DNA of 28,852 nucleotides. It comes from Bdellovibrio sp. GTDB taxonomy: Bacteria; Bdellovibrionota; Bdellovibrionia; Bdellovibrionales; Bdellovibrionaceae. Below are positions 26,451 through 28,852 of this stretch, piece by piece (position 1 is the stretch's first letter; each line of letters starts with the position of its first letter). The translations under genes and the position numbers were made by a program. Below the pieces are notes generated by a model. The model saw only the letters and a program-made list of their open reading frames with translations, did no database searches and had not been told where the DNA came from. The stretch lies in the NCBI GenBank assembly GCA_046318155.1, contig JBKCUU010000111.1:1-28852 (forward strand), given 5' to 3'.

Positions 26451-27095
26451 ATGAAATCGCTCTTTACGATCGCTCTGACCTCAGCCATGTTGGCCTCGCC
26501 GGTTGCTTTCGCAAAAAAAGAAACCAAGCCTGTGAAGCCTGGGTCTGCAGTTATGACTTTAAAAGTCGACGCCGCAAAATCAGAAGTCAAATGGACCGGC
26601 CAGAAAGTTTTGGTCAAATCAGCTCACACCGGCACGATCAAAGTGAAATCCGGCGAGCTCGAGTGGAAGGACAACACCATCACAAAAGGCAATTTCGTGA
26701 TCGACATGGCGTCTTTGTCGAATACGGATCTCAAAGGCGATCCCAAACAAGCGGACCTTGAAGGTCACTTGAAATCAGCTGACTTTTTTGACGTGGCTAA
26801 ATTTCCTGAGTCAAAATTGGTGATCACATCAGTCAAAGTTTTGCCCGCGCCTGCGGCTGTGGGCCCCACTCACGAAATTACGGGTGACCTGACTTTGAAA
26901 GGTGAAACTCACTCGGTGACGTTTCCTGCAACTATCACAAAAACGGACAAAGGTGCTGAGGCCGTTGCGAACATTAAATTGGACCGCACCGTTTGGAACG
27001 TGAAGTACGCTTCAGACAAATTCTTCAAAGGCTTGGGCGACAAAGTCATCGCCAACGAAATTGAATTGGCTTTGAAAATCAGCGCGAACAAGTAA
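26451..27095 (+). CDS. yceI: YceI-family lipid/polyisoprenoid-binding protein
   Basis: Signal peptide; VDAAKSEVKW, HLKSADFFDVAKFP, ITGDLTLKG and LDRTVWNVKY motifs. Confidence 0.92.
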   Translation: MKSLFTIALTSAMLASPVAFAKKETKPVKPGSAVMTLKVDAAKSEVKWTGQKVLVKSAHTGTIKVKSGELEWKDNTITKGNFVIDMASLSNTDLKGDPKQADLEGHLKSADFFDVAKFPESKLVITSVKVLPAPAAVGPTHEITGDLTLKGETHSVTFPATITKTDKGAEAVANIKLDRTVWNVKYASDKFFKGLGDKVIANEIELALKISANK

Positions 27096-27121
27096 GTTTG
27101 TTTTAGAGTTGATGATCGAGA

Positions 27122-27151
27122 AGGACCCGCACAAAATGCGGGTCTTTTTTT
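27122..27151 (+). terminator. Rho-independent terminator
   Basis: GACCCGCA-CAAAA-TGCGGGTC followed by T7. Confidence 0.88.
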
Positions 27152-27800
27152 ACCTTGGGCCCTTACCCTGCACCGAGATTTTGAATCCACAACCAGCACA
27201 AGACGCTAAGCAAATCTGTCAATACCGCTAATTACGCTTGGAGAACCTCTCCAGCCACTGCCTCAATCTTGCACAGATTGAGAACATCTTTCGGTCTAGG
27301 AAAAAAGGACCAGCTCTGATGCATAATAAACTTACTTCAGTTAGACGATCTATTCTAGTTAATGTACAAGGTGCAGAAATCTCATTATTGAACTAAAGCT
27401 TTTCAAGATACTCGCGACAAGCAAGGCGGTGTTTAGCGTTTGGAGCTTAAATGAAATTGCTTTTATTGGTCTTGCTTGCGTCGTTTTTCCAATTCGCGAC
27501 TGTGCAAACGAAATTTGTAACGTTCTCACCCGAAAATGGCTAATGGACCGCGAGATCATTAGATACGACTGATCTCGAAGACGGAATTTACTTATTGCAG
27601 TTGACCACGGGCCCCGTACGGCCTTGGCTGCTTGATCAGTGTGAAGGCCTCACTCCCATCGAAGCTAAGCGTCAGTGTCGATTTAACAATCTGAACGAAA
27701 AACTCGAAGTCGACTTTGGTCGCGCAAGCGGAGTTGTGCTCAGGATTGACGGTGTTAAATTCCAGAACAAAGTTCTCATCAATAGATCAAAACCATTTAT

Positions 27801-28712
27801 TCAAGCGCTCTTACAGGGCCTCGAGCTGCATATTGATCTCATATATTTTACCCGGATGCGCCACGAATAGGCTATAATTTTTCCTGAGGCATAAATCACA
27901 TTTCGCTTCAAATTAAACACACTTCCGGAGTCCCGGAAAAAGTTGACTTGTTTGCCATCAACGTAAACACCAAAACCACCCGTTACTAAATCGGCCCCCT
28001 CATCCCTAATCACCCCGCCTTGGAATCCAACGACCATAACATTCCCGATGGAGACTGCACTATGAGCGGCACGAAGGTGATTGGGAGCGAGGAACCGTAT
28101 TTGATTCGTAAGACCGATGTCTTGGTAAACGCCGATGTTGCCATTCAGCTGGTTGTTGGTCAGTGCGAGCGGCGTGATCCGCATATTTTTTTCGGGGATT
28201 TCATAGGATGCCCCGCCTGCAAACGGCTCATAGGTATTTGCGCTCGGATCAAAAATGAAAAACTTACCGAAAGAATCATTTAATAGAAGTTTTTTACCGG
28301 CCGGGGTGATCTCGCGAATTGCGAAACCCATAAATTCTTTTGTGGTCGAACTGGTTTTTACGATGTCAAACGTTTTGCCCCAATCCGTCGTATAGTTGTG
28401 AAAACCATATTGCCCGGCTTTCGCCAAAAATAGCTTTGGTCCAACCGCGCCTGCCACATTGCCAACTTGTGACCACCATGGATAACTGCAAAAATCCGAA
28501 CTGTACCGCAAACGTCGGAAATTACTTTCGGAACTAGCACGGCTGTAAACACCACGATTGGTCGCGACAATCAGACTCGTTGATGTGGACAATTCCGCCT
28601 TCGGTCGCGACTGAATGAGGTGCCCTTACGCCACCGGCAATAGTTGCCTCCGAAAAGTTGGTCCCGCCATCTTTCGAGTAGTAGAGATTTCCGAGACTAA
28701 ACCCCTGACTGA
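27801..28712 (-). pseudogene. BNR/Asp-box repeat (beta-propeller) gene fragment, frameshifted and cut by an IS
   Basis: The ORF at 27801-28592 has Asp-box YTTDWGKTF. Another frame upstream (28712 to about 28600) reads VSQGFSLGNLYYSKDGGTNF, a second Asp-box, and abuts the IS end. Confidence 0.65.
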
Positions 28713-28716
28713 CTAG

Positions 28717-28852
28717 CAGGCCGGTGAAAAACCTGGCCAGCGGCCGGTTTTTCTACCTACCTGCATTTGCCTGAGCCAAAATCGTATCGTAGACTGCGTT
28801 CATGCGTGGCACAAAATCAGATCAAGAAGACATGTTCAGTTACATTTCAATG
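28717..28852 (+). mobile_element. Left end of an IS5-family (DUF772 / IS1182-like) insertion sequence, truncated by the window end
   Basis: CTAG (28713-28716, candidate target site) followed by terminal-repeat-like CAGGCCGGTGAAAAA and a transposase start. Confidence 0.78.
28802..28852 (+). CDS. IS5-family transposase, N-terminal 17 residues (partial)
   Basis: MRGTKSDQEDMFSYISM matches the typical MRGxxxxQxxMFSYxS start of these transposases. Confidence 0.75.
   Translation, partial: MRGTKSDQEDMFSYISM

Noticed and set aside
27595..27870. 91-aa plus-strand ORF
   Set aside because: TTG start without RBS, no motif, and overlaps the end of the minus-strand pseudogene.
1..28852. CRISPR array, rRNA, prophage or known riboswitch
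   Set aside because: No regularly spaced repeats, rRNA-like sequence, phage genes or riboswitch consensus recognised by eye; an Rfam scan was not possible.

Overview
Chromosomal segment (roughly 50% GC by eye) most likely from a Bdellovibrionota (Bdellovibrio-like) bacterium. This is inferred from a Bd0055/Bd3044-type histone gene, an RxPAS lipoprotein and many orphan secreted proteins. In order it contains: partial serA; a sigma-54 response regulator coupled to a divergent CdsA-like gene and a PlsC-like gene; an MBL hydrolase; tRNA-Arg(UCU); secreted proteins including a Pro/Thr-stalked lytic-transglycosylase-like protein; a lipoprotein plus SdpA-like/HTTM pair; a Gre-like factor, a zinc-finger histone and recQ; a putative outer-membrane beta-barrel; a type IV minor-pilin cluster (923-aa PilX-like with a coiled-coil insert, PilV-like, PilW-like) ending in a secreted protein with an FrpC self-processing-module-like Ca2+ domain that has Ser-Pro in place of Asp-Pro; a secreted papain/NlpC-P60-like protein; manC, a DegT aminotransferase and a kdsA with unusual active-site residues; a decayed RelE/XRE toxin-antitoxin module; an ABC-F ATPase; yceI; and a frameshifted BNR-repeat pseudogene cut by an IS5-type element at the window end. 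All family calls come from motif recognition by eye; no searches were run.
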